A stretch of DNA of 64,000 nt from a virus, in the IMG/VR virus record IMGVR_UViG_3300048839_001709, positions 3,604 to 67,603 of that record, one strand, 5' to 3'. This document shows positions 38,792 through 47,721 of the stretch, piece by piece; positions within the stretch are counted from its first letter, which is position 1, and every line of letters starts with the position of its first letter. Below the pieces are notes generated by a model. It did not search any database and had not been told where the DNA came from. It worked only from the letters and a program-made list of their open reading frames with translations. Position numbers and translations under genes: made by a program.

Positions 38792-39811
38792 ATGCAGTTC
38801 GATTTCCACTATTGTGCCCTGCGCGTTCTCGCCTACCAGGCCGGATTTTCTCCCGAACAAGCTCAGATCATCGCCTATGCCTCGCAGTTCGTCGACGATG
38901 CCACCGAGCACGAACCGATCGAAGTGCGGCACTTGCCGGAAATCGAAGGTTTGCGGCTGGATCGCCCCGGCTGGATCGATCCGATTTGCACCGCGAACTA
39001 CAACCCGCGCCAATTGGTTTTGCCGTCGCTGGACATGCAACGCAAGGTTTACATTCCCTTCCATTTTTTCCCGGCAGGACAGGGCGAGGGCTTCCTGGTC
39101 GAGGCAGATTCCAAGCGAGCGCAAAACCTCGTGCTGATCGCGGTGGAAAAATTGCAGGACGCAATTATCGAAGCACACCGCAAACGGGCGCTAATCGCGC
39201 TGGGCATCGCGTTGCACACCTTTGCCGACACCTGGGCGCATGACGGCTTTTCGGGTCGCAACTGCCAGCCGGAAAACGACCTCGCCGCGCTGGACATCTG
39301 GCAACCGGAAGAAGGCTGCTACCGCAAATTTCAGCCGCACTACTCGAAAATCGTCGATATGTTTTCGTTCATCGGCCATGTGCAGGCCGGTGTTCTTCCC
39401 GATCAATCGGGCAAGGTGTGGCGCTACCAGTACGCGGCCAGCGGCGAAACCGTGGAGCGCAGCAACCCCGACGATTTTCTTGCCGCTGCGAAACATATCT
39501 TCGACATTCTGTGCCATGCGGCGGGAACGATCGAGGAAATCCCGCAGCGCTGGAAGGAAATCGAGGATCGGCTTTTTTGCCTGTTCTCGTTCGAGGACCG
39601 GCTGCCGTTTTTCTTTTCCCGCGATCGAGCGCTTCGTCGCTGGCGCCATGAATTTCCCGGCATTCGTTTCGAGTACGACCGCGAGCAGTGGCGCAACGCA
39701 GCGGTGCAAAACGATATTTTCGCCGGCGACGGCAAATGGCTTTTCTTTCATGCCGAGGCCCACGCCCAGCGCGAATGGGTCTTGTCGCAAATCCCCTACG
39801 ATTTAATGTGA
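38792..39811 (+). CDS. DUF6765-like protein (putative Zn phospholipase C/P1-like fold)
   Basis: MQFDFHY...AYASQFVDD, PFHFFP, GIALHTFADTWAHDGF. Confidence 0.7.
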   Translation: MQFDFHYCALRVLAYQAGFSPEQAQIIAYASQFVDDATEHEPIEVRHLPEIEGLRLDRPGWIDPICTANYNPRQLVLPSLDMQRKVYIPFHFFPAGQGEGFLVEADSKRAQNLVLIAVEKLQDAIIEAHRKRALIALGIALHTFADTWAHDGFSGRNCQPENDLAALDIWQPEEGCYRKFQPHYSKIVDMFSFIGHVQAGVLPDQSGKVWRYQYAASGETVERSNPDDFLAAAKHIFDILCHAAGTIEEIPQRWKEIEDRLFCLFSFEDRLPFFFSRDRALRRWRHEFPGIRFEYDREQWRNAAVQNDIFAGDGKWLFFHAEAHAQREWVLSQIPYDLM

Positions 39812-39821
39812 GAAAAAAGAA

Positions 39822-42005
39822 ATGGGTACTTCGTTTCACGTTTTTGTCACCACCTGCAACCAGCCGGAAAAGCTCCGTTGTTTGCTGGCTGAAATGGCCA
39901 AACAGCAGGCGGAAACCAATTGTGCAATCGAATGCACGGTGATCGACAACAATTCATTGGCCGATTACGGCCACGTTCGCCGCACATTCGATATCAACGC
40001 CTGGATCGACTTTGAAAAGCTGAAAACGCGCCACGGCGACGGCGAACACTACAAAATCTGGAATCGGCAGTTGGAAATCGCAAAACAATCGACTGCCGAC
40101 TATTTCGTTTTTCTCACCGATCGCGCCGAAATTTGCACGAATTTTTTTATGCTGATCGAAAAATATTGGCGCCTGATCGACGATCCTGCCGCAATGCTGC
40201 TGGATCTGTTGCCGGAAGCCAAAACGACATCCACAAAAATTTGCAAACTAGGCCAAATCGAACTGTCCGAGGCTATTTCGCTCAGTCCGTTTTTCTGCGC
40301 GAAAAAAACGGCACTGAAAATGCTGGACTGGTCGATTTCGCCGTGTGCGGATCCGGTCAAGTCCATCGGTAAAACGTTGTCGGCGCAGGGTATAAAAATA
40401 TTGGCCGTGTGCGAGGGGTTTGTTCGCACGGCGGTTGCCGGCAGAGTTGCAATAATCGTCGAAAAAAACGAAAAAGCAGCAACCGAAACTTCCTCTTTTG
40501 TTCCCTCAAAAGAGGTGGCAAAACCGGAAGTCGTGGTTTTGGCCCCAGCCCCGGCCAAACCGAAAACAACCGATCCGGTCATTTTTTCCCTCGCTTCCAT
40601 GCCCAACCGGGTCGATACACTGAAAACAATCGTCGAGCAGATGTTGCCGCAGGTGGATCGAATCTGCGTTTATCTCAATTGTTACCATGACGTTCCTGGT
40701 TTTTTGCAGAACGACAGGATCGAAATCGCCCGTAGCCAGGATCACGGCGATCAGGGCGCCCGCGGCAAACTGTGGTTCGTCGAAAAACATCGCGGCTATC
40801 ACATCATCGGCGATGACGATTTATCCTATCCGCCCGACTATGCCGCTCGCATGGTGGCCGAGATCGAGCAATACCAGCGCCGCGCCGTTGTCGGCTTGCA
40901 TGGCTACGATCTGCCCACGCCGTTTATCGGCTATGTGAAAACACCCAAGGTGTTCAATTTTCAAACCGCCGTCGCCGAGGACCGCGTGGTGGATATCGTC
41001 GGCACCGGCATGATGGCATTTCATAGCGATTTGGTTCCCTGCGGCATTTTCGACCGCATCGGTCACCCAAATATGGTGGATCCATATTTTGCCACCTGGA
41101 CGCGGCAAAACCTGATCCCGATCGTTTGCATTGCCCGCAGTGAAAAATGGCTGCGCCAGGCGCGGATTTATCCGTCGATTTACGATTGGGTAAAAAAGGA
41201 CGATTCGGTGCAGACCTCTCTGTGCCGCGAATTGCTCAAAATTCAGCGGTTTTTAATCTGCATCCCCACGTTCAATCGGCCGGAGCTATTGCTCGGACTA
41301 TTGAAAGAAATCGAACAGCAGCGATTTCCCGGTTTGCATGTTTTCGTTGCGGACGATTGCTCGACGAAAGCCGATTACTCGGCCGTAGTCGAATACATGC
41401 GGCAACGCGAATGGATGACCTACGCTCGTCATCCGCAAAATTACGGCAAAAAAAGATTCTGGCAGACGATCAATGATTTCTACGCCGAGGCGAAAATCCG
41501 CCGCGCCGATTATCTGATCGCCCTGCAGGACGATGTGCGCATCGGCGAAACGTTTTTTCGCGTTCTCTCGGAATACTGGAATGCAATAGCCGACCCGCAA
41601 AAAGCGGCGATGAACCTTTTTGTCGACGACCTGCCGCGAACGAAACAGGGTCATTGGGGAGCGCTGCCGCCAGTTCGTCGCAAATTCGGCAAGATCGAGG
41701 TCGATGACTGCGGTTGGCTCGACGGCGAATGGATGATGCCGCGCAATACTCTGGAAGCGTTGGGCTATGCCGTGCAACCGATTCCGCTTTCGCGCTGGAA
41801 AAAAAACCCGTCACTCAGCAGCGGTGACGGCGAACAGATATCGCGCCGCCTTCGCGAGCGTGGATTGAAAATCTACCGGCCCGATCGGTCGCTGATCGAC
41901 GCATTGCCGTCCGAATCGGAAATGCACCCCGAACGCACATGGAAATTCGAGGCGAAAGGTTTCCGCGTCGATGAAAAGCAGGAGAAAAAAAGCAATGATG
42001 ACTAA
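39822..42005 (+). CDS. Triple-domain GT-A glycosyltransferase
   Basis: VTTCNQP..IDNNS; ASMPNR..GDDDLSYPPDY; IPTFNRP..DDCS..LQDD. Confidence 0.85.
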   Translation: MGTSFHVFVTTCNQPEKLRCLLAEMAKQQAETNCAIECTVIDNNSLADYGHVRRTFDINAWIDFEKLKTRHGDGEHYKIWNRQLEIAKQSTADYFVFLTDRAEICTNFFMLIEKYWRLIDDPAAMLLDLLPEAKTTSTKICKLGQIELSEAISLSPFFCAKKTALKMLDWSISPCADPVKSIGKTLSAQGIKILAVCEGFVRTAVAGRVAIIVEKNEKAATETSSFVPSKEVAKPEVVVLAPAPAKPKTTDPVIFSLASMPNRVDTLKTIVEQMLPQVDRICVYLNCYHDVPGFLQNDRIEIARSQDHGDQGARGKLWFVEKHRGYHIIGDDDLSYPPDYAARMVAEIEQYQRRAVVGLHGYDLPTPFIGYVKTPKVFNFQTAVAEDRVVDIVGTGMMAFHSDLVPCGIFDRIGHPNMVDPYFATWTRQNLIPIVCIARSEKWLRQARIYPSIYDWVKKDDSVQTSLCRELLKIQRFLICIPTFNRPELLLGLLKEIEQQRFPGLHVFVADDCSTKADYSAVVEYMRQREWMTYARHPQNYGKKRFWQTINDFYAEAKIRRADYLIALQDDVRIGETFFRVLSEYWNAIADPQKAAMNLFVDDLPRTKQGHWGALPPVRRKFGKIEVDDCGWLDGEWMMPRNTLEALGYAVQPIPLSRWKKNPSLSSGDGEQISRRLRERGLKIYRPDRSLIDALPSESEMHPERTWKFEAKGFRVDEKQEKKSNDD

Positions 42006-43362
42006 CGCCACCGTTTCCCTTGCGTCGATCCCACAGCGGCAAACGACGCTACACCAGATCGTGGACCGCATTTTGCCGCAATGCGACCGGCTCAATGTGT
42101 ACCTCAACAATTACCCGAATGTACCCGAATTTTTACGGCATCCGAAAATCACGGTTGCCCGCAGTCAGGATCATGGCGATATCGGCGACAATGGCAAGTT
42201 TTTCTGGATCCACGAAACCAAGGGCTATTGTTTCACGCTGGACGACGACGTGCTCCCGTCCACCGATTACATCGAACAGATGATCGGTTACATCGAAAAA
42301 TACAATGGTCGAGTGGTAATTGCCAACCACGGCAGCGTTTTCAATCCGACTCCGATCAAAAATTATTTCACCGATCGTCAGGTGATTCAGGACGTACCGA
42401 ACAGCGTGATGGTCAACGGTGTTGGCACCGGCTCCATCGGCTGGCATTCCGGGGCAATCAGACTGAGTTTGCAATCGTTTCCTTTCCCGAATATGACCGA
42501 TGTATGGTTTGCAATCGCGGCAAAACAACAGGAAGTACCGCTGATCGTCATGCCGCACCGCAATAGGCGCATTCAGGTTTTGCAAACCAATTCGCCGGGA
42601 TTGTTTGAAAAATTCCGACACAATGCCAATACGCAAACCAATTTGATCAATTCCAATGGTCCATGGCCGCACCCGGATACCCTCGTCATGGTTCCGTACC
42701 GATACGATTGGTACGACATCCGCGGCTACCACCAGGACGATCACCTGTTGCGCGAAATGCGTAAACGCAACGGATTCTACGAGCAGGATCTGCTGATCTT
42801 TCTGTTGGGTAAATTGGCACCTGGCGGGGTAATCATCGACATCGGCGCGAACATCGGCAACCACAGCATCTTTTTTGCCAACGAATGCGAAGCCGATCAT
42901 GTGATTGCCGTCGAACCGTTCCCGCCCTTGCAGCGCATTCTGGCGCGAAATCTGGCGCGAAACGTGGATCAGGGCGGATACACCATCGTTTGCGCGGCGG
43001 TATATCCAAATCGCAATCAGGTGGGCCTGCAGCTCGCCGACGATAAAAACATCGGCAAAACGTCCACCGTTCCCGACAGCGAGGGCGATGTTTGCGTACC
43101 CGCATTGCCGCTCGATGCCATTGTTACGCAATGCGCCGGCGCGGCTCCGATCGCGCTGATCAAAATGGATATCGAAGGTGCAGAACTACCGGCGTTACAA
43201 TCCGGCATCAAAACCATTCAAACGCACAAACCGCTATTGGCGATCGAGAGTTGGACCATCGAGGACCGTGAAAAAATCCGTGAATTTCTCTCGCCATACG
43301 GTTATCGCTGCATCGGTCGCTTCTGCTCCTCGCCGGTTTACGTTTGGGAGGCGAAAAAATAA
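41995..43362 (+). CDS. Glycosyltransferase fused to FkbM methyltransferase
   Basis: ASIPQR..LDDDVL; IDIGANIGNHS, IKMDIEGAE. Confidence 0.88.
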   Translation: MMTNATVSLASIPQRQTTLHQIVDRILPQCDRLNVYLNNYPNVPEFLRHPKITVARSQDHGDIGDNGKFFWIHETKGYCFTLDDDVLPSTDYIEQMIGYIEKYNGRVVIANHGSVFNPTPIKNYFTDRQVIQDVPNSVMVNGVGTGSIGWHSGAIRLSLQSFPFPNMTDVWFAIAAKQQEVPLIVMPHRNRRIQVLQTNSPGLFEKFRHNANTQTNLINSNGPWPHPDTLVMVPYRYDWYDIRGYHQDDHLLREMRKRNGFYEQDLLIFLLGKLAPGGVIIDIGANIGNHSIFFANECEADHVIAVEPFPPLQRILARNLARNVDQGGYTIVCAAVYPNRNQVGLQLADDKNIGKTSTVPDSEGDVCVPALPLDAIVTQCAGAAPIALIKMDIEGAELPALQSGIKTIQTHKPLLAIESWTIEDREKIREFLSPYGYRCIGRFCSSPVYVWEAKK

Positions 43363-44177
43363 TGAGGATCTCCGACGCCGCGCGGATTTTGGGTAATCAA
43401 GGAATCACAGTCGACGCCAGCGGCGAAGGTTTTTTCGAGCGGTTTTCCACATTGAATGAGGCGGACAGCGAATCGGCGGTTTTTTTTCATGATCGCGGCA
43501 GCCCGGAACAATTGGCCGAGCGCGTTGCCGATCTGCAAAACAAAAAACCGGCCTTGGTCATTACGACCGAAAAACTGTTTCCATTTTTGCCGCCGAACAT
43601 CGAAAACGTGCTGATCGTCGAAGATCCGCGTCTGGCATTTTCGATATTGGCCGGGTTTGTTCATTTTAATCGCAGACCCGATCAAATCGGCGCTGGCGTG
43701 GTCATCCATCCATGGGTCAGCATCGGCAAGCGGGTTCACGTCGGCCAATGCTCGGAAGTCGGCTCCGATGGTCTATCCGCCAATCGGCACGGCAATATTT
43801 TGCACCATACTGCCCACATCGGCATGGTCGTCATTGAAGACGATGTTTGGATCGGTCCATTCTGCGCCGTCCAACGGGCCGTGCTGGGCAAAACGATCAT
43901 CGGCCTGGGTAGCAACCTTGATTCGCATGTGGTCGTTGCACACGGCTCCAGGCTCGGGAAACGGGTAGCTATCGGCGCACATACTACCGTCTGCGGCAGT
44001 TGCACCATCGGCGACGATGTTTGGATCGGTTGCAACAGTGTAATCCGCGAGGGGTTGACCATCGGAGACGGTGCATTCGTCGGCATCGGCTCCGTCGTCG
44101 TGAAAAACGTTGCTCCCGGCGAAATGGTCGTCGGCAATCCTGCCCGCAAATTGGAAGGGGGCCGCAGGCCGTGGTGA
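43362..44177 (+). CDS. LpxD-like hexapeptide acyltransferase
   Basis: VEDPRLAF, VGSDG, hexapeptide repeats, VGNPAR. Confidence 0.85.
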   Translation: MRISDAARILGNQGITVDASGEGFFERFSTLNEADSESAVFFHDRGSPEQLAERVADLQNKKPALVITTEKLFPFLPPNIENVLIVEDPRLAFSILAGFVHFNRRPDQIGAGVVIHPWVSIGKRVHVGQCSEVGSDGLSANRHGNILHHTAHIGMVVIEDDVWIGPFCAVQRAVLGKTIIGLGSNLDSHVVVAHGSRLGKRVAIGAHTTVCGSCTIGDDVWIGCNSVIREGLTIGDGAFVGIGSVVVKNVAPGEMVVGNPARKLEGGRRPW

Positions 44178-44800
44178 TCGATTTTAAAAACGCTACTGCG
44201 TTGGCTATCGGTGCGCATCCGGACGATATCGAATACGGCTGCGGCGGTATTTTGCAACGTCTTTTCAATCCATCCGGCCTCATTGTCACCGATGGAACAG
44301 CAGGCGGCAGCCACGAACGGCGATTGTTCGAGATGCAGAATTCGGCTGTTGCAATCGGCTATCGCCTGCATATGCTTTTCATGCCGGATCGCAATGTAAA
44401 CACGAATTTACTGATCGACAAAATCGAATGGCTCGTCGAACGCATCATGCCGGATGTTGTTCTGGTTCACCATGAGGACGATTTTCACCAGGACCACCGC
44501 GCCGTGACCCAGGCAACGCTCAGTGCTCTGCGTGGTTGGGCCGGAACGATCCTGTTTTACCGCACCCCGTCCACGCGCAGCAATTTCGAGCCGAATCTGT
44601 TTGTCGAGTTGAGTCAAAGCGAATGGAAACGCAAGGTTGAATCCATCCAAATCCATCAGTCGCAGGCGCATCGGTCTTATCTCTCCGACGATGCGCTCCG
44701 GTCGGCATTTCATTTCTGGTCCGATCAATACCGCCAAACCAACGGACCGTGCGAACCGTTTTTCGTTTTTCGCGCGGTCATTTCCATGAAAGGGGAATGA
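44171..44800 (+). CDS. PIG-L/LmbE-family N-deacetylase
   Basis: GAHPDDIEYGCGG, HQDH, HQSQ. Confidence 0.9.
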   Translation: MVIDFKNATALAIGAHPDDIEYGCGGILQRLFNPSGLIVTDGTAGGSHERRLFEMQNSAVAIGYRLHMLFMPDRNVNTNLLIDKIEWLVERIMPDVVLVHHEDDFHQDHRAVTQATLSALRGWAGTILFYRTPSTRSNFEPNLFVELSQSEWKRKVESIQIHQSQAHRSYLSDDALRSAFHFWSDQYRQTNGPCEPFFVFRAVISMKGE

Positions 44801-45435
44801 ACATGGTCAAATGTCCAATCTGCGGATTTGTAGGAACGGAGTTCGATCCGTTCGGGCGCCCGCCAAGAAACAACGCTCAGTGTCCCGGCTGTCGCAGTCT
44901 GGAACGTCACCGTCAACTCTGGTTGCTGCTGCAGGAGCGCTGTCTGCTGAAATCGAAAATGAAGATCCTGCATTTTGCGGCAGAACCGTGTTTGGTCGAA
45001 CAATTGCGCGACAAATACGGTGACGACTATTTCACCGCCGATCTGGATCCGAATCGTCCCGAATCCGATACGGTTGTCGATATCACCGCCATTTCGCACC
45101 CTTCAAAAACGTTCGACGCCGTGATTGCCAATCATGTTCTGGAACACGTTCAAGACGACCGTAAGGCAATGCGGGAAATCTGCCGCGTTCTGAAAAAGGG
45201 CGGCTGGGCTATCATTACCGTTCCGTACCACCGGGATCAGGCCGCAACCGTGGAAAAGGCCGAACCGGACTCTGCCGATCATGTCCGCGTTTACGGAAAC
45301 GACATCATCGACCGCCTGAAAAAATCGAATTTCAATGTCGAGGTCGTCGAGCATCATGCGACGATGACCAAAGCCGACAAGATTATGTATCAGGTCGGCG
45401 GCGAAACCATTTTCCTGTGCTATCGCAAAAAGTAG
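44797..45435 (+). CDS. Class I SAM methyltransferase with N-terminal Zn ribbon
   Basis: CPIC..CPGCRSLERHR, LHFAAE, NHVLEHV, RVLKKGG. Confidence 0.88.
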   Translation: MNMVKCPICGFVGTEFDPFGRPPRNNAQCPGCRSLERHRQLWLLLQERCLLKSKMKILHFAAEPCLVEQLRDKYGDDYFTADLDPNRPESDTVVDITAISHPSKTFDAVIANHVLEHVQDDRKAMREICRVLKKGGWAIITVPYHRDQAATVEKAEPDSADHVRVYGNDIIDRLKKSNFNVEVVEHHATMTKADKIMYQVGGETIFLCYRKK

Positions 45436-45449
45436 AGCGAGGTATCCGT

Positions 45450-46205
45450 ATGCCCCCGGTGAAAATCTTCGTATCCGTTCGCGACCGCGCACAATGCACC
45501 CAGGAATGCTTGGACGGGCTGATCCGCTCCACGTTGGGCAAGGCCGATATCTATGTATTCGACAACCATTCGCAAGCCGAATTGGCGCAATTGCTCGAAT
45601 ACTATTCGGTCCTGCTGCGCGAGGGGCGGATCGCCCATCTCGTCTGCAATCGCTTCGACCAGTCAACAACGGACGTGTACTGGTCGAAAAATTACGCATG
45701 GGCGCAATTCATGGCCCTCGTGGGCCTGCTGCCGGCCGAGCAACGAACGCACCTGGTGATGATCGACAACGATGTCTTCGTTCGCCGCGACGATTGGCTC
45801 GAAGCCTCGATCGCCGTGCTCGAAAGCCCCGAGGCGCAGAAGCACAAGGTGACCGTTGTTTCGCCATACGATGGCCCGCCCGATCCTTTCAGTCACCCGG
45901 ATATGTTTCATGTTCTTTCGGTCGATCAATTCAGCGGCCGCACCTGCGAAGTGCGCGATGCGGCTTCCTCGCGGGCCTGGGTTGCTCCCTGGTACTTCTG
46001 GACGCAATGGCGCCCGCCCACCTGGCTGCAGGTGGAGCGCAACGGCAAACCCGACCGCATGCCCACCGATTGGTACTACTGGACCAACATGCAGCGGGTA
46101 GGGCAGCGCTTCGCCGTGCTGCGTCCGCGTCTGCTTTGCGATCCACCGCACCCGTGGTCCTCGGCTCGCATGGAAAACGGCATCGGCGAGGATGCGAAAA
46201 AGTAG
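45450..46205 (+). CDS. GT-A family glycosyltransferase
   Basis: YVFDNHS, MIDNDV (DxD). Confidence 0.75.
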   Translation: MPPVKIFVSVRDRAQCTQECLDGLIRSTLGKADIYVFDNHSQAELAQLLEYYSVLLREGRIAHLVCNRFDQSTTDVYWSKNYAWAQFMALVGLLPAEQRTHLVMIDNDVFVRRDDWLEASIAVLESPEAQKHKVTVVSPYDGPPDPFSHPDMFHVLSVDQFSGRTCEVRDAASSRAWVAPWYFWTQWRPPTWLQVERNGKPDRMPTDWYYWTNMQRVGQRFAVLRPRLLCDPPHPWSSARMENGIGEDAKK

Positions 46206-46309
46206 TCCACTTTCTGTAATTTCATAACCATCGTAAAAATCAATGGTTACCTGTCCTATTCGCAACGGGTGGACTAATTTTCATTTCACTTTGAAAAAGT
46301 AGTCCACTT
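46196..46309 (+). repeat. 17-bp direct repeat GAAAAAGTAGTCCACTT (46196-46212, 46293-46309)
   Basis: Exact copies; partial inverted copy GTGGACTA at 46269-46276. Confidence 0.75.
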
Positions 46310-46314
46310 ACTTT

Positions 46315-46332
46315 TTCTGAATTTCCGAACCA
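46315..46332 (+). promoter_or_regulatory. Putative late-promoter motif copy 8 (TTCTGAATTTCCGAACCA), upstream of GT9 gene
   Basis: Matches 18-bp consensus. Confidence 0.7.
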
Positions 46333-46369
46333 ATGCCAAAAAAGAACGCATCCGGGTATTAGCCTGGTT

Positions 46370-47473
46370 ATGCGTTTCATAACTGTAGATTCTCCGCTGA
46401 AAATCTCACTTTCCAAGGAGGGCAATCATGAGGTTCGAATAATGCCTGGATACGGATACTTGTTCACCCATTGGATGGCGAACGAGTTGTATGCCACGCC
46501 ATACGGTCGTCACATCATCGGCGACCATCCAATTGAGGAACACTATCGCAAATACGAGGGGCAGGATCTGACCGGTAAATCCCTGCTGCTGTGCCGCTCC
46601 GGTGGCTACGGCGATCTGCTTTTCCTTAGCCCGCTGATTCGCCACCTGAGAAAGAAATACGACTGCAAAATTTCCGTGATCACCGCGCCGCGATACGCCG
46701 AGGTCTTTTTCGACAATCCCGATGTAAACCAGGTGTGGGCGCTGCCATTCCCGACCTTGCAGTTTATCGAGTACGACTACCACCTTCACTTCGAGGGGAC
46801 GATCGAGGCGTCCAAGGATGCCCAGGCCCATGCGGTGGATGTTTTCGCCGCCCACGCCGGTGTGGAGTTGGGCATCGGTGAAAAAACGCCGATTTTCAAC
46901 GTGGCCGAAAAGTCATGGAAGGCAGCCCGCAATTTTCTGCGAAACGAATTGCAGATCCCCTGGAAGAAAAAAATGGTGGCGATCCAGCCGAAGGCATCCG
47001 CAATCCTTCGCAGCATTCCGCCGACAAATCTTGCCGCGATCTGCCGGAAGTTGACCGAGAAGGGCATTCTGGTTTTGATGCTGGGCGCAAAAGATGATTT
47101 TCCGGACGAATGCAAAATGGAAGGCGTGTTCGATCTTTGCGGAGCGATCCCTTCGATTGCCATGTCCGTGGCCGTGCTTTCCCATTGCCATTTGCTGATA
47201 GCGCCCGATTCGGCCATGACACACTTTGCGGCCGCAATCGGCAAACCGACCATCGCCCTGTACGGACCTTTCCCCGGCGAGATCCGAACGAAGTATTATC
47301 CTCGATGCGTGACCATCGAGCCGCCGGCCGAATCCTGCGACAAGATGCCCTGCATGATCCACAGCCAGGCGCCATGCCCCGCAGCCCAAAAGAATGGCGA
47401 TTGCTACTCCCCATGCCTCGCCGCGATTGGCCCCGACCGGATAGCAAACCTTGCAATGGAGATGCTACCCTGA
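46370..47473 (+). CDS. GT9 (heptosyltransferase-like) glycosyltransferase
   Basis: GGYGDLLFLSP, PDSAMTHFAAAIGKPTIALYGP, Cys-rich tail. Confidence 0.9.
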   Translation: MRFITVDSPLKISLSKEGNHEVRIMPGYGYLFTHWMANELYATPYGRHIIGDHPIEEHYRKYEGQDLTGKSLLLCRSGGYGDLLFLSPLIRHLRKKYDCKISVITAPRYAEVFFDNPDVNQVWALPFPTLQFIEYDYHLHFEGTIEASKDAQAHAVDVFAAHAGVELGIGEKTPIFNVAEKSWKAARNFLRNELQIPWKKKMVAIQPKASAILRSIPPTNLAAICRKLTEKGILVLMLGAKDDFPDECKMEGVFDLCGAIPSIAMSVAVLSHCHLLIAPDSAMTHFAAAIGKPTIALYGPFPGEIRTKYYPRCVTIEPPAESCDKMPCMIHSQAPCPAAQKNGDCYSPCLAAIGPDRIANLAMEMLP

Positions 47474-47589
47474 TTTGCAGACCTTTTCGGGCCGAAACCC
47501 GTTGACAACATATTGACAACGAAATACTATAAAAAGGCATTATTTTGAATTATTCTTGAAAAATAGACGATGAAGATAATAGGGCGAAT

Positions 47590-47629
47590 AAAAGAAAAGC
47601 CCCAAAAATCTCAATGATTTACGGGGCTT
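47590..47629 (-). terminator. Hairpin AAGCCCC...GGGGCTT with U-tract, terminator for the reconstituted tRNA
   Basis: Inverted repeat just downstream of the tRNA 3' fragment on the minus strand. Confidence 0.55.
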
Positions 47630-47634
47630 CCGGT

Positions 47635-47679
47635 TGACGCGCCAGGCAGGAGTCGAACCTGCGACACACGGATTCGTAG
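47635..47679 (-). pseudogene. 3' half of tRNA-Arg(ACG) = att core
   Basis: Minus strand CTACGAATCCG-TGTGTC-GCAGGTTCGACTCCTGC-CTGGCGCG; anticodon loop, T-arm and acceptor 3' strand only, no 5' half. Confidence 0.85.
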
Positions 47680-47721
47680 ACCGGCCTGAAAAGCGGTAAA
47701 GCACTGGTAATAAAAGGCATT

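Noticed and set aside
47635-47679. Functional tRNA gene
   Set aside because: 5' half (acceptor 5' strand, D-arm) is absent; it is the att core
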